64,000 bases of DNA from Opitutia bacterium. Lineage in GTDB: Bacteria; Verrucomicrobiota; Verrucomicrobiia; Opitutales; T3Sed10-336. Position numbers and translations under genes: made by a program. The stretch spans positions 6,380-70,379 of the forward strand of contig JBJHCF010000003.1 of NCBI GenBank assembly GCA_050506795.1. Reading direction: 5' to 3'. Each line of letters starts with the position of its first letter. The stretch's first letter is position 1. Below, piece after piece: positions 1 through 9,476 of this stretch. Under the pieces are notes generated by a model. That model searched no databases and was not told the origin of the DNA. It worked only from the letters and a program-made list of their open reading frames with translations.

Positions 1-621
1 GGCGACGAGGCTTTTTTTTGGGCGGAACCGGGAGGTACCCCGCCGTTTGAATACGCATGGAGCAGAGACGGCGAGACACTTCCTGGGGCTGATGAAACGA
101 ATTACGTCATTTCCAGCGTCAACAGGGGAGATATCGGAGGATACCGCCTGGAAGTGCGAAACCCGGCCGGAATCGCACAAGGCGAGCCGATCCTTCTGGC
201 GGTTGTGACGCATTTCGAAGACTGGCTGGAAACGTATCAGGCGGAGTTGCCTGAGGGAGAGCGTGCTCCAGGGGACGATCCGTACAACACAGGGATTCCC
301 AACCTCCTTGCGTACTCTCTCGATCATCCGCCGGGCCTGTCCCGGAGTGACCTGCCTTTCGCTTCGGTTCATAGGCTGACTGTGGACGGCGTGGAGGGCG
401 ATTTTGTGACGTTTACTTTCACCCGAAGCATCGGAACCGATGACTTAATATATCATCCGGAAGTGTCGAGTGACATGGAAAGCTGGGATCCGTTGCCCCC
501 GGCGAACGTGGTCAGTATTGTCCGGGAGGGAAGCCGGGAGACCGTTACCGTCCGCGATGTTGCAATGATCGAGGAATTGAACCGATCACGGTTCTTTCGC
601 GTGAGATTGGAGAAGAAATAG
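1..621 (+). CDS. C-terminal part (5'-truncated by the window edge) of a secreted protein: Ig-like domain plus the recurring Verrucomicrobia-type C-terminal domain
   Basis: Frame 1 is open from base 1: GDEAFFWAEPGGTPPFEYAWSRDGETLPGADETNYVISSVNRGDIGGYRLEVRN, an Ig-like pattern (Y-x-W...G-x-Y). It ends with PNLLAYSLD...EVSSDMESW...RFFRVRLEKK. Confidence 0.8.
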   Translation, partial: GDEAFFWAEPGGTPPFEYAWSRDGETLPGADETNYVISSVNRGDIGGYRLEVRNPAGIAQGEPILLAVVTHFEDWLETYQAELPEGERAPGDDPYNTGIPNLLAYSLDHPPGLSRSDLPFASVHRLTVDGVEGDFVTFTFTRSIGTDDLIYHPEVSSDMESWDPLPPANVVSIVREGSRETVTVRDVAMIEELNRSRFFRVRLEKK

Positions 622-711
622 GCAGGAGAGTCCAGACCCACTCCGGATTCGGGTTTATCGTATCCGAAAGCCTAGATTGACTTTCTCGTCTGAAGCGGAG
701 TCTATAAAATC

Positions 712-1806
712 ATGACAAGTCGCGCTTTCCTTCTTTCGTTTCTGATTTTCGTCGCGGCTGTTTTTGCTGCCTGCCGGCATCATTACGTCGAGCATGGGCA
801 ACCGGTCGCGGTTCATTTGCACGAGTGGAGTGAACTTGCCGCGGATGGCTGGGTGGTTTCCGGAAGTTGGACTGTTGCGGATGATACCAGGGATCCGTGG
901 AGGCGGTTGGAAGGCGCCTTGTGGCGTATCGAACTGGAGTATTCCCCAGGCAGTAGTCGGATAGGGAGCCATTATCACCGATCGGCGGAGTGGAGGGAAA
1001 GGTTCTCGGTGGATACGGATGGCACCGCCCGGTACCATCAGGAAGCGTTTGCCATCACGTTCTTTCCGGACGGCCGGGCGGAGCTTGTGTTTGATGAGGA
1101 CCACCTGCAGGAACTGGGCGATTTGGTTCCCTTTGAGGACACCTTCCAAAACCGGAGCTACCTCGTTCTTAACAATCTTTCGCTGGACTCTATTCGTGCC
1201 CTGATCAGTGCCGGCTATCAGGTGACTTTTGAGGACCTGCAGGTGTTGCATCGTGGGGGGGTGAGTCCGGTTTTTGCGGTCGATATCGCCGCCGCGGGTT
1301 ACCGATTTTCGGTTGCCGACCTCGTCCAGTTGCGACGTAGTGGCGTCTCGGCGAGTTTTGCAAAAGACTTGCGGGAAGGAGGCTGGGAACTCACCGCCGA
1401 TGAATTGACGCAACTGCGGCGCTCTGGCGTTTCAGCGGATCATGCCAATGGGATGCGTGAAGTCCTCTCCGATCCGACCGTTCAGGAGATTATCGCGCTG
1501 CGGCGCAGCGGCGTTTCGGCCGGCTATGCCCGGGAACTGTACGAGGCGGGTTATGCTTTTGGCAGCGAGGATCTGATTGCTCTCCGTCGCTCCGGAGTGA
1601 GTTCTCAGTACGCGCGCGAGGTTCGGGACGCCGGATATATCTTTTCAGCGGAAGAATTGATAAGCTTGCGACGGGCAGGTGTATCATCCAGGTTCCTTGC
1701 CGACTTGCAGAGTGAAGGCATTCCTCAATATCCCGTGGAGTCATTAATCGAATTTCGGCGCCGCGGATTGTCGGCTCAGACAATTCGAATGATCAGGGAG
1801 CATTAG
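712..1806 (+). CDS. Putative lipoprotein with seven tandem ~28-aa helical repeats (L-R-R-S-G-V-S core)
   Basis: N-terminal hydrophobic stretch ending VFAAC (lipobox-like). The C-terminal half consists of 7 repeats such as FSVADLVQLRRSGVSASFAKDLREGGWE. Confidence 0.75.
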   Translation: MTSRAFLLSFLIFVAAVFAACRHHYVEHGQPVAVHLHEWSELAADGWVVSGSWTVADDTRDPWRRLEGALWRIELEYSPGSSRIGSHYHRSAEWRERFSVDTDGTARYHQEAFAITFFPDGRAELVFDEDHLQELGDLVPFEDTFQNRSYLVLNNLSLDSIRALISAGYQVTFEDLQVLHRGGVSPVFAVDIAAAGYRFSVADLVQLRRSGVSASFAKDLREGGWELTADELTQLRRSGVSADHANGMREVLSDPTVQEIIALRRSGVSAGYARELYEAGYAFGSEDLIALRRSGVSSQYAREVRDAGYIFSAEELISLRRAGVSSRFLADLQSEGIPQYPVESLIEFRRRGLSAQTIRMIREH

Positions 1807-2074
1807 GTGATGCGCGTAGGGACGGATGGAATCGGGTTTGTTTGGGACGATTCAGGCGCAATGTTTCCGCGGTGAGGGCCTCGTTTCTCATACTGTAAGA
1901 TCACGTCATCCTCTACTTTACGGCAATTCTCTTGATGCTTATGTTCAGAAAACCCTTCGGGTTCCGTATCGAATGAGAAGCTTCGGGTCGATTGTAAGTG
2001 CGCCGGTCCGGCAGATCCCCGTTTCGGGGTTCGAGCAGTCATCCGGTACAAGCCAGTGATGAAAGAGAAAATCT

Positions 2075-2398
2075 ATGAAGAAAACACGTTGGACAGGATT
2101 AATCGCCAGTTTGCTATTGTTTTTGGGAGTTGCCGCGTATGGTGAAGAGAGGTCCGAGAGGATCGTCGTATCCCGGGAGGTCGTGGGCGAGGATGGCAGA
2201 GTTTTCGAATACGAAAGACCCGTCATAGGGGCTGACATTTCATGGGTCCCATCACAGGAAGACAGGGGGATGGTCTTTTCCGATAAGGGAGTCGAGAAGG
2301 ACGTGCTGGAGATACTCGCGGACAATAGGTTCAACTGGATAAGGCTTCGCCTGTTTGTCGACCCAACCGCGGAGAAGGTTTCAGTTTACGTGTTTTAG
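2075..2398 (+). pseudogene. Truncated GH53 endo-beta-1,4-galactanase (N-terminal fragment only)
   Basis: Signal peptide, then GADISW...KDVLEILADNRFNWIRLRLFVDP, the GH53 N-terminal signature. Homology stops at about 2378 and a stop follows 6 codons later; the catalytic glutamates are absent. Confidence 0.75.
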
Positions 2399-2475
2399 AG
2401 GAGAAACCGCAGACCGAAACGTAGCCTCGGCGCTTCCGTGCTCGGCATCCCAAACCCGCTCCCCGCGGTCGCTCA

Positions 2476-2520
2476 ACCGTAGCGCCGTTCTTCAGACGGC
2501 GTCTCCAACCGGCCGACAAA
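2476..2520 (+). repeat. REP-like element, family A, copy 1 (GTAG + hairpin CGCCGT-TCTTCAG-ACGGCG)
   Basis: 41/45 nt identical to 47141-47185. A GTAG tetranucleotide directly precedes a 6-bp stem. Confidence 0.7.
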
Positions 2521-2797
2521 ACGCCCGCTTCCAAATCCGGGCCCCGCCTTGTGCGCACACCGTCTCCATAGGTCGCGGCAAACTTTATTAAAGGGGAAAC
2601 CGACAGCCCCAACACCATGGGTATTATGAAGTCCAAAAAACTATATCGCTATTCCGTCATTGCGAATGGGTATCTTCCGGGGGGACCGTCTTTCTGGTCT
2701 TATCGCCTCTTTCAGGAACTTTCGTCGGATCGCGCTGGAGATCTGCTCCGCGCCAATGACGACTACAAAGGGCGGATCTGTACAACCTCGCTAACTG

Positions 2798-3781
2798 TCA
2801 ATAACGGAGCCGATCCCGATAGACGGAAGGATCTTCCCTGGGCATCCAGCCTGACCGAAGCGCCGCTTCCACTTCGAGCCGCCGCGATTCGGTGATCAAA
2901 GGATAGTTTTGCAATCCCACAATCGCCTCCTCGATCAGCTGGTCTCTTTGCAACAGGGTCGCTTCTCTCCTTGCCCGGGCGTCTTGGAGTTGCTGGCGGG
3001 CTCGCCGCAGTTCCGCCTCGACCTCGGCGGCGTCTCGGTCGCGGAGTTCGCGGATTTTCTCCGTACGAGTGGAGATCAGTTCTTCGATAGTGGCCAGTAT
3101 ACGTTGACTCATCCGGACTCTCGCATCGAGGTGGAGTAATTCTCTCGAATCGACCGCGGCTCTCCCCCAGATGATCGCGACCCTTTCCTCGGGAGTGAGA
3201 TCGGGAGAAAGATTCTCGGGCTCGCGACGGACCTTGCTCACAATCTCTCCGGTGTGCAGATCGAACTGGTAGCGAAGTTCATCCACGGTATCCAATTGAA
3301 ACACCTGGCCGCCACGGAACGATGGTGTTTCGTTGTGGTGGAGCCAAATAGGGCCAGTTGAGCTAAACCTGTTTCGTGGATAGTATTCGACCAGATCGGA
3401 GATTTCATACCGTTTAAGCTCCTCACCGCGTTTGTAAAAGGCAATGGCGAGACCATCATTCCTGTCGCCCTCGTCGAAGTCGCCCGCGGACCAGTCGCCC
3501 AGCCGGACAAGAAAATCGCCGTCCCCGCTCAAGCGCAGGTTCCTGGAGTACCAGCCACTGACCCGCCAGCGCTCGGAAAAGGTACCGTCGGCTTCGATTC
3601 CGTAACAAACTCCGAACGCCTCGGATTGTTCCGCCCCTGGGGGGCCGGGAATCATGGTAAAGAACACATCGGGGTGCCAGGCTGGCACCGTAATGTGGGG
3701 ACTTGGCGGAAACCGCTCTCCGCCGAAGAATGTAGTCGAGAGGGCACAGGAGGCCATGAGAAGTAGCAGATGAAGTTTCAT
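2798..3781 (-). CDS. Hypothetical secreted protein with C-terminal coiled-coil region
   Basis: 327-aa ORF with signal-peptide-like start (MKLHLLLLMASCALS), an aromatic beta-rich N-terminal half and an E/R/L-rich helical tail. Confidence 0.65.
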   Translation of the reverse strand: MKLHLLLLMASCALSTTFFGGERFPPSPHITVPAWHPDVFFTMIPGPPGAEQSEAFGVCYGIEADGTFSERWRVSGWYSRNLRLSGDGDFLVRLGDWSAGDFDEGDRNDGLAIAFYKRGEELKRYEISDLVEYYPRNRFSSTGPIWLHHNETPSFRGGQVFQLDTVDELRYQFDLHTGEIVSKVRREPENLSPDLTPEERVAIIWGRAAVDSRELLHLDARVRMSQRILATIEELISTRTEKIRELRDRDAAEVEAELRRARQQLQDARARREATLLQRDQLIEEAIVGLQNYPLITESRRLEVEAALRSGWMPREDPSVYRDRLRY

Positions 3782-3902
3782 GGGGGATTTAAGGTTGGAT
3801 TTTGGAAACGTTTTATTGTCTATCGCCCGTTTCAGGGGTCAATTGTCCGGATGATGGAAGCGCCGATGCTGCGTAGTCCGGGCCTGCGTTGGGCTGTACC
3901 GG

Positions 3903-4319
3903 CTATTCCGGCTGGCCGGAGCCGACGAGGTAGATCATGCGCCAGATTTGAGCGGTGTCGCCGCGCTCGACGACCTGCATTGGACTGGCACCGTGAAAAC
4001 CTTTATTTGGAGTGCGAAGCCACGTGCCGATCGACCCTGGTTTCATGAGTTCCTCAAGGGCCTGGAGCAGGGAGCGCAACTCCCGGAGGGTCCGCATGGA
4101 AGCCGCACTGGTCTTTTTTCCGCTCGCCCAGTTTTCCACGGCACGCGGGGAATAGCCTGTCAGGCGGGTTATGTCCAGCCGGGTAAGACCGTAGCGGAGA
4201 CAAATCTCTCGAAGGTTAGGGGCAGCGCTTTCCCCGATTGCCGTTTCGTAAGCCGCCGTGATTTCCTCGACGCGGCCAGGGCGTTTCGCACGAGAATTCT
4301 TTCCCTTCGTTGATTTCAT
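3903..4319 (-). CDS. Xre/MbcA/ParS-type antitoxin (HTH + DUF2384-like C-terminal domain)
   Basis: HTH-like LTRLDITRLTGYSPRAVENWASG, then WLRTPNKGFHGASPMQVVERG, which matches the MbcA/ParS C-terminal pattern. ATG at 4319 chosen as start. Confidence 0.85.
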   Translation of the reverse strand: MKSTKGKNSRAKRPGRVEEITAAYETAIGESAAPNLREICLRYGLTRLDITRLTGYSPRAVENWASGKKTSAASMRTLRELRSLLQALEELMKPGSIGTWLRTPNKGFHGASPMQVVERGDTAQIWRMIYLVGSGQPE

Positions 4320-4380
4320 CCATCTACCGATACGACAGGTTTGCCGGCGGCGCAAGCTAAAATGCCTGCAGAAGTGCATA

Positions 4381-4983
4381 TCAATCCGGGCGAAGCCAGC
4401 GGTTCAATTCGACCGCATCCTCAATTTTTACCGTGCTGTCATTGCTCAGATTCTCGGGAGAGAAGGTCAGGGTGCGCGCACGATGATCCCGTGCGGACCT
4501 CGCAATCAACCCTTCAAATCCCAGGGAAAAGGTTGCCCGCCCAACCGCCTGAGAAAGGCATTCTTTCCCGGTGTCATTGAGACTGGCCCAATCTTCTCCG
4601 AGCAACTCGGCCCACTTTAACCAAGTTTCGTCCTCGGGGAGTTTGGCGAGATTACAAACCTTCGCAAGATTGACCCATATCGGAACAAGCATGTAAGCGC
4701 GGGCTTTTGACGGAGGCATCTGAAACCCTTCCTGCTTTCCGCGCGCTTCTTTTACTGCCAGAAGATCCGTTGAAGCACGAGAGACAGCTCGTTCCTCGCC
4801 GGGGGGCATCCAACGTCCGCCGTAGCGGCGTGTTCCCTGGCCGTTGAGAAGGGCTTCGGGGGACGCAAATTGTGGTGTCGCACACCGGAAGAAACGGCCC
4901 TCGGCTCGCTGCCGAGCTGTTTCCCGGTGCTTTTGGATTTCACGGCGAATCGCGTGAAATCGCGGATGGGGTTCCGTGGTCAT
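4381..4983 (-). CDS. RES-domain toxin (NAD+-targeting family), possibly degenerate
   Basis: FFRC...LLNGQG...GGRWMPPG...KE...GFEGLIARSAR...FSPENL, with R, E and S positions recognisable. Adjacent to an MbcA-type antitoxin. ATG at 4983. Confidence 0.85.
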   Translation of the reverse strand: MTTEPHPRFHAIRREIQKHRETARQRAEGRFFRCATPQFASPEALLNGQGTRRYGGRWMPPGEERAVSRASTDLLAVKEARGKQEGFQMPPSKARAYMLVPIWVNLAKVCNLAKLPEDETWLKWAELLGEDWASLNDTGKECLSQAVGRATFSLGFEGLIARSARDHRARTLTFSPENLSNDSTVKIEDAVELNRWLRPD

Positions 4984-5097
4984 AGGGTTTTTGTAATAAC
5001 ATGAAAGAGATTGGAGCGTAGAGGGAAGAAATCGGAGTGGCGAGTGGAACAACCCAAAGACATCGGTAACGGGGATCCTGGCTTTGCGCCGTGGGGT

Positions 5098-8000
5098 TCA
5101 AAGCAGCACCACGACAAAAAACGCGAACAGCACTGCGAACAGGGTGGCGTTGGCGAATTTGACGAAGGCTACGTTGCGCCGGAAAAAGTTCATCAGCCGG
5201 TCGCTGGTGAGGCCGCGCCAGGCGAGGAGGATGATGATCAACAAGGGCAGAATGAAGGCCAGGTTGTAGACCAACAGGTAACCGAATGCGGCCAGGCGTT
5301 CGGCGCCGCTTTGCAGGACCAGCATGATGGTGGGGGCGTACATTTGGCCGGTGCAGGCGAGTTCCAGCAGGGCGATCGCCATGCCGGTGAGAAACGCGGC
5401 TGTGACAAAGTGGCTGTGCTTTACGCCGGAGCGTACGAGAGCGTTGATACGCAGTTTCAGCGGACGGGGCAGTTGCAGAGCGGTTTCCTCCAGTTTTCCC
5501 CGAAGGCAGAGAATGCCGTCACGAATGCTGAGAATGCAGATAACCAGGACCAACCCGGCCAGGATCCAGTTTACGGCGCGCGCTACCGGCTCCAGAGTGG
5601 TGAGTTGACCGATGAGACTGTAAAAGCCGATGCCGATGGCGAAATAGGCGATAAAGACGCCGAGCACAAAAGCGACTCCCACCTGCATGATCTGGGTGGG
5701 CGTCCGCCGGGCCACTTGCAGGTAGGAGAGGAAGAAGATAATCGTGGCGAAGGCACAGGGGTTGAGGCCGTCGAGGAGTCCGGCCGAAAGCACCACCGCG
5801 AAGGTGAATCCGTGAAAGCGTTCCAGGATGCGGGCATCGGCGGCGGCGACCGCCTGTTCGGGCATGGTCAGGACGGACGCGTCCCGCCCCAATGAGCCGC
5901 CGAGGAGTTGATTGAGTGAGTCCAAGCTGATTTCGTCCCGGACCAGGACCCCGGCCGCCGTGACAATGGTTGGGACTACCAGACGATTGCTGATTGGAAC
6001 CTGGAACGTCTCGCTGAGATGTTCGTTCAGGCGGATGGCCGAGGTATCCCGGATGTTGTGATTGTGGATTTCGATCTCCGGGAACAAAGGCCGCAACCGG
6101 GCGAGGTAGTCGCGGACCTGGGCGCAATCGGCGCAGCCGGTCTGGGTGAAGAAGATGACCGGAAGTGTTCCGTTGGGGGCCGTTTCCGCGATCGTTGCCG
6201 GCTGGTCGCCGTTTTCAGGGAGGCGGAGGGCCGTCACGGCCGGTTCCTGGCGGAGTTCGGCGGTTACCACTTCGGAGGCGGGGGTCTCCTCGGTGGCGGG
6301 GACTTCGGCTTCCCGGAGTGCGCGGAAATGAGCCCGAAGGTTATCGATAGTCAGCCGTTGGTTGAAATTATTGAAAGGATAGCCGGTGTTGCGAACATAA
6401 CGAAGCAACCTCTCGTGCTCCGGCCCCATGGACCGGTAATGGGTGTACACGAATCCGGAAACCCAGGACTCGACGCGAAATCGATCCGTGTCGGACGATT
6501 CGAGGGCGTCCAGGTGGGCGGTCAGGGTTTCGGGGTTTTCGATGGTCTCGTAGATGTCGGCCAGGGCGACCAGAGCGCGCAGGCGCAGTTGCCGCACCGG
6601 ATCGGCGGTCATCTCGCGAAGCGGCTGCTCCACCGAGGGCGGCAGACGTTCGTTGTTCGGGCTGGTTGTGCCAAGTGTGGTGTGTGTCACGTTGGACCAG
6701 GAGGAGCTCGAGTAGGCGTCGGAGTATTGGTTTGACCACCAGGATTCATTGCGCTGCACCGCTGCCGGCAGCACCTCACGTACCCGGTAGTCGCTGTCTC
6801 CGGCGATCTGCGCGGCGAGTTCGGGCAGGATCGCGGGACGACTTTGCACTGCCAGGCGGAGGGCGGCGCGGCGGACGAGAGGATCGGGCTGCATGGCCTG
6901 GCTGAGGATCCAGGAACGGTCCTCTTCCCAGGTGATGACCTGTGGCCAGAATACCAGGACAAAAACGCGCAATGCGGTGTCGTTGGATTGTTCATACGTG
7001 TCGCGCAGAATCGTTCGGGTTCGCTGCCGTTCGGGCCCGGTTAAGCGGTGGTAGCTGGGAATGTCGTCGAGGAAACGCTGAAAGTAGGTCGGAACGGGAT
7101 CCGGAGCGTGTGCCAGGATAAACTCGAGGTTGTCCGCGAAGGAACCGTGTTCGAAGAGAGAACGGACCACTCCCCAGGAATGGCTCTCCAGGCGAGGGAA
7201 CAGGCTCCTCAGAAGTTCGACGACGTGCGGATCCGGGTAATCGGAAAGGGATTCCGCCAGGTCGGCGATCTCCCGGGAGGAGAGGGTTTCGATGCGATCC
7301 TTAAGGGTTTCGATGCCCAGTGAGGATCCGATACGGGTCAGAAAGACGGCTGCTTCCAGCGCCACTTCCTCGTCTCCTCCAGAGCGCGCCGCTTCCGCCG
7401 CCTGTTCGAAGGCGGCCAGCGGATGCCTTGTCTCTGGCGAATCGTCGCGGGTCGACTGGTCTCGCGAACCGCCGGAGAAGAGCCGTTGGAGGATGTTTCC
7501 CTGACTCGCGGTCGAGCCCCTTCCGTCCGGATCTTCCCCCAGTCGGGGCAACCGGGCGGACGATGGGTCGAATCGCCGCAGGACCGCCAGTTTTTGGCCG
7601 CGGGTTCCGTCTTTCAACAGGGCGAGAAGCCGTTCGCGGTGGTTCTCGTCTCCGGCGCCTCGGGCGGCCAGCGATTGGGTTGCCGCGATGGAGAAATCCT
7701 CGTTGGGATGATCCAGGAAGCGCCGGGCCATGGAGAGTTGGCTTTCGCGCAGGTTCCCCAGGAAGGAAACAAATTCCGCTTCCCGGCCGGGAGGGAGGCT
7801 TTCAAAAAGGCGATTGGCAAACTCCGGGGGAAGGGGCCAGTCGTTTTGGATGTAGATGCCGAGAACCGCCAGACGCACCGATTCATCCTCCAGAAACAAT
7901 TCGGACAGCATTGGCTGTTGCGCGATGCCGCCCACCCGTCCCAGCGCGGAAAGGGCGCTGAGGCGAACAAACTCGTCTTCATCCCGCACCCGTTCCGCCA

Positions 8001-9450
8001 CATCGGGGGCCAGGGAGGTAAGCCTGAGTTGTTCGACGGTTTCCAATGCGGCGGCGCGCACCCGCCAGCGCGGGTCGGCCAGCAGGGCGCCGATGACTCC
8101 GGTGTCGTGTTCGAAGTCGGAGAGGTGGCGCAGATAATCGAAAGCGAGGATGATCAGATCCTCGGACTCCTCCCGGAGCGCGTCGGTGAGAAGGGCCACT
8201 GTGGACTGGGATTCGATTTCCCCGATGGCCCGCAGGATGCCGACCCGCACATCCGTATCGGTTTCCTCCCGCCACATGGCTTCGATGGCCGGCATGCTGT
8301 CGGCTCCGCCGGCGAGAGCCAGGCGCTCCACCGCACTTTCCCGGACCAGCGGGTCGGGATCACGCAAAAACTCCTGGAGCAGATCCAGGGAGCGCGGCGC
8401 ATATCCGGTCAGCGTTCCCAGAGCCCTCATGCGCACGCCGGGGTCGCCGAAGACAAGGTCGCGGGACAGTCTTTCCGGCCGTTCGGCGGACCAGGTCAGC
8501 AGGACCGCGGCGTAGCGGGCCTGGCGCAGGAGATTGCGCTCCCGGCCGGTCAGGGCCGAATCGTCGGATTCCCGCTCCCTCAGATGTCTCGCCACCGGCA
8601 GACCGCCTTCCATCAACATCGCCAGGGCGCGACGGGAACGCTCGGGGTCCCGGGAGAAGAGTTCGGTCACGTATCCGTCGACCTGCCGCTGCGTGAACGC
8701 GGTGGCGGCGCCCGTCGGCGGGCGATCGGAATCGCTCAGGCCGGTTTCCCATTCCTCCCAGCGAAGGAGGGCGGCGGATTGGTCGGCGGGGGGAATCCAG
8801 GGATCGTAGCCGAACGACTCCCCGGCGCGGGCCTCCAGAACCTCAGTGGCTCCCAGGCGCACCTGGAGCGCGGGGTGCGCCAGCGCCTCGACCAGCCGCG
8901 CGGAGGGAAAGGGAGTTTCGTTCAGGAAGGCTTGCAGGCGGGCGGAACGGTCGCGGCTGATCCCCAGGTCGCGCAGGCGGTCTTCGAAGGCATCATCCAG
9001 CGCGGGTTCCGGGGATTCCGGCGGTTGACTGGCTTCGGCCAGGAACGCCAGCAGTGTTTCGCGGTCGGGGTAACCGATATGACGCCGGCGAACGGTGTGG
9101 TCCGGATAAACCGCCAGCAGGGTAGGCAAACTGTGAATACGCTCGCGCAAGGCAAGGTTTGTGTGTGCCACGGCGTCAAGGCGCACGTTGATAAACGACT
9201 CGAGGGAGGTTTGCACCTCGGGGTCGTCCCAGTGCCGGTCGAGGCGCGCGCTCCATTCGCAGTCCGCGGCGTGAAAGTACACCAGCATCGGTCGGGAGCT
9301 ATCTTCCGCATCCCGCAGGCCGGTCTCCCAGGACGAGCCCCATTCGGCTTGTGCCGGAAGGGCGCCGGTCACGGCGACGACACTCGCGACCGCCGCTGCC
9401 GAAAAGGCGCGGAAGGGATTGGCGAAGATGTTGGCGGGTCCCGGGATCAT
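5098..9450 (-). CDS. Large fusion protein: signal peptide, thioredoxin-like domain (CxxS), HEAT repeats, glutaredoxin-like domain (CxxC), DsbD/CcdA-like transmembrane domain
   Basis: Motifs in order: LVYFHAADCEWS; many HEAT units (DPDPLVRESAV, DPRWRVRAAAL, DEDEFVRLSAL); FFTQTGCADC; then AGLLDGLNPCAF...LELACTGQMY among about 6 TM helices. Start ATG 9450 lies 27 nt after the upstream stop. Confidence 0.8.
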   Translation of the reverse strand: MIPGPANIFANPFRAFSAAAVASVVAVTGALPAQAEWGSSWETGLRDAEDSSRPMLVYFHAADCEWSARLDRHWDDPEVQTSLESFINVRLDAVAHTNLALRERIHSLPTLLAVYPDHTVRRRHIGYPDRETLLAFLAEASQPPESPEPALDDAFEDRLRDLGISRDRSARLQAFLNETPFPSARLVEALAHPALQVRLGATEVLEARAGESFGYDPWIPPADQSAALLRWEEWETGLSDSDRPPTGAATAFTQRQVDGYVTELFSRDPERSRRALAMLMEGGLPVARHLRERESDDSALTGRERNLLRQARYAAVLLTWSAERPERLSRDLVFGDPGVRMRALGTLTGYAPRSLDLLQEFLRDPDPLVRESAVERLALAGGADSMPAIEAMWREETDTDVRVGILRAIGEIESQSTVALLTDALREESEDLIILAFDYLRHLSDFEHDTGVIGALLADPRWRVRAAALETVEQLRLTSLAPDVAERVRDEDEFVRLSALSALGRVGGIAQQPMLSELFLEDESVRLAVLGIYIQNDWPLPPEFANRLFESLPPGREAEFVSFLGNLRESQLSMARRFLDHPNEDFSIAATQSLAARGAGDENHRERLLALLKDGTRGQKLAVLRRFDPSSARLPRLGEDPDGRGSTASQGNILQRLFSGGSRDQSTRDDSPETRHPLAAFEQAAEAARSGGDEEVALEAAVFLTRIGSSLGIETLKDRIETLSSREIADLAESLSDYPDPHVVELLRSLFPRLESHSWGVVRSLFEHGSFADNLEFILAHAPDPVPTYFQRFLDDIPSYHRLTGPERQRTRTILRDTYEQSNDTALRVFVLVFWPQVITWEEDRSWILSQAMQPDPLVRRAALRLAVQSRPAILPELAAQIAGDSDYRVREVLPAAVQRNESWWSNQYSDAYSSSSWSNVTHTTLGTTSPNNERLPPSVEQPLREMTADPVRQLRLRALVALADIYETIENPETLTAHLDALESSDTDRFRVESWVSGFVYTHYRSMGPEHERLLRYVRNTGYPFNNFNQRLTIDNLRAHFRALREAEVPATEETPASEVVTAELRQEPAVTALRLPENGDQPATIAETAPNGTLPVIFFTQTGCADCAQVRDYLARLRPLFPEIEIHNHNIRDTSAIRLNEHLSETFQVPISNRLVVPTIVTAAGVLVRDEISLDSLNQLLGGSLGRDASVLTMPEQAVAAADARILERFHGFTFAVVLSAGLLDGLNPCAFATIIFFLSYLQVARRTPTQIMQVGVAFVLGVFIAYFAIGIGFYSLIGQLTTLEPVARAVNWILAGLVLVICILSIRDGILCLRGKLEETALQLPRPLKLRINALVRSGVKHSHFVTAAFLTGMAIALLELACTGQMYAPTIMLVLQSGAERLAAFGYLLVYNLAFILPLLIIILLAWRGLTSDRLMNFFRRNVAFVKFANATLFAVLFAFFVVVLL

Positions 9451-9476
9451 GGATACACTTTGAGTCGAACCGGGCG

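Noticed and set aside
2392-2420. GTTTTAGAG...GAAAC 29-mer resembling a CRISPR repeat
   Set aside because: Single copy, no spacers or second repeat, and no cas genes in the window.
2617-2895. 92-aa plus-strand ORF
   Set aside because: No recognisable motif, and it overlaps the convergent 327-aa gene by about 100 nt. Could be a remnant but cannot be supported.
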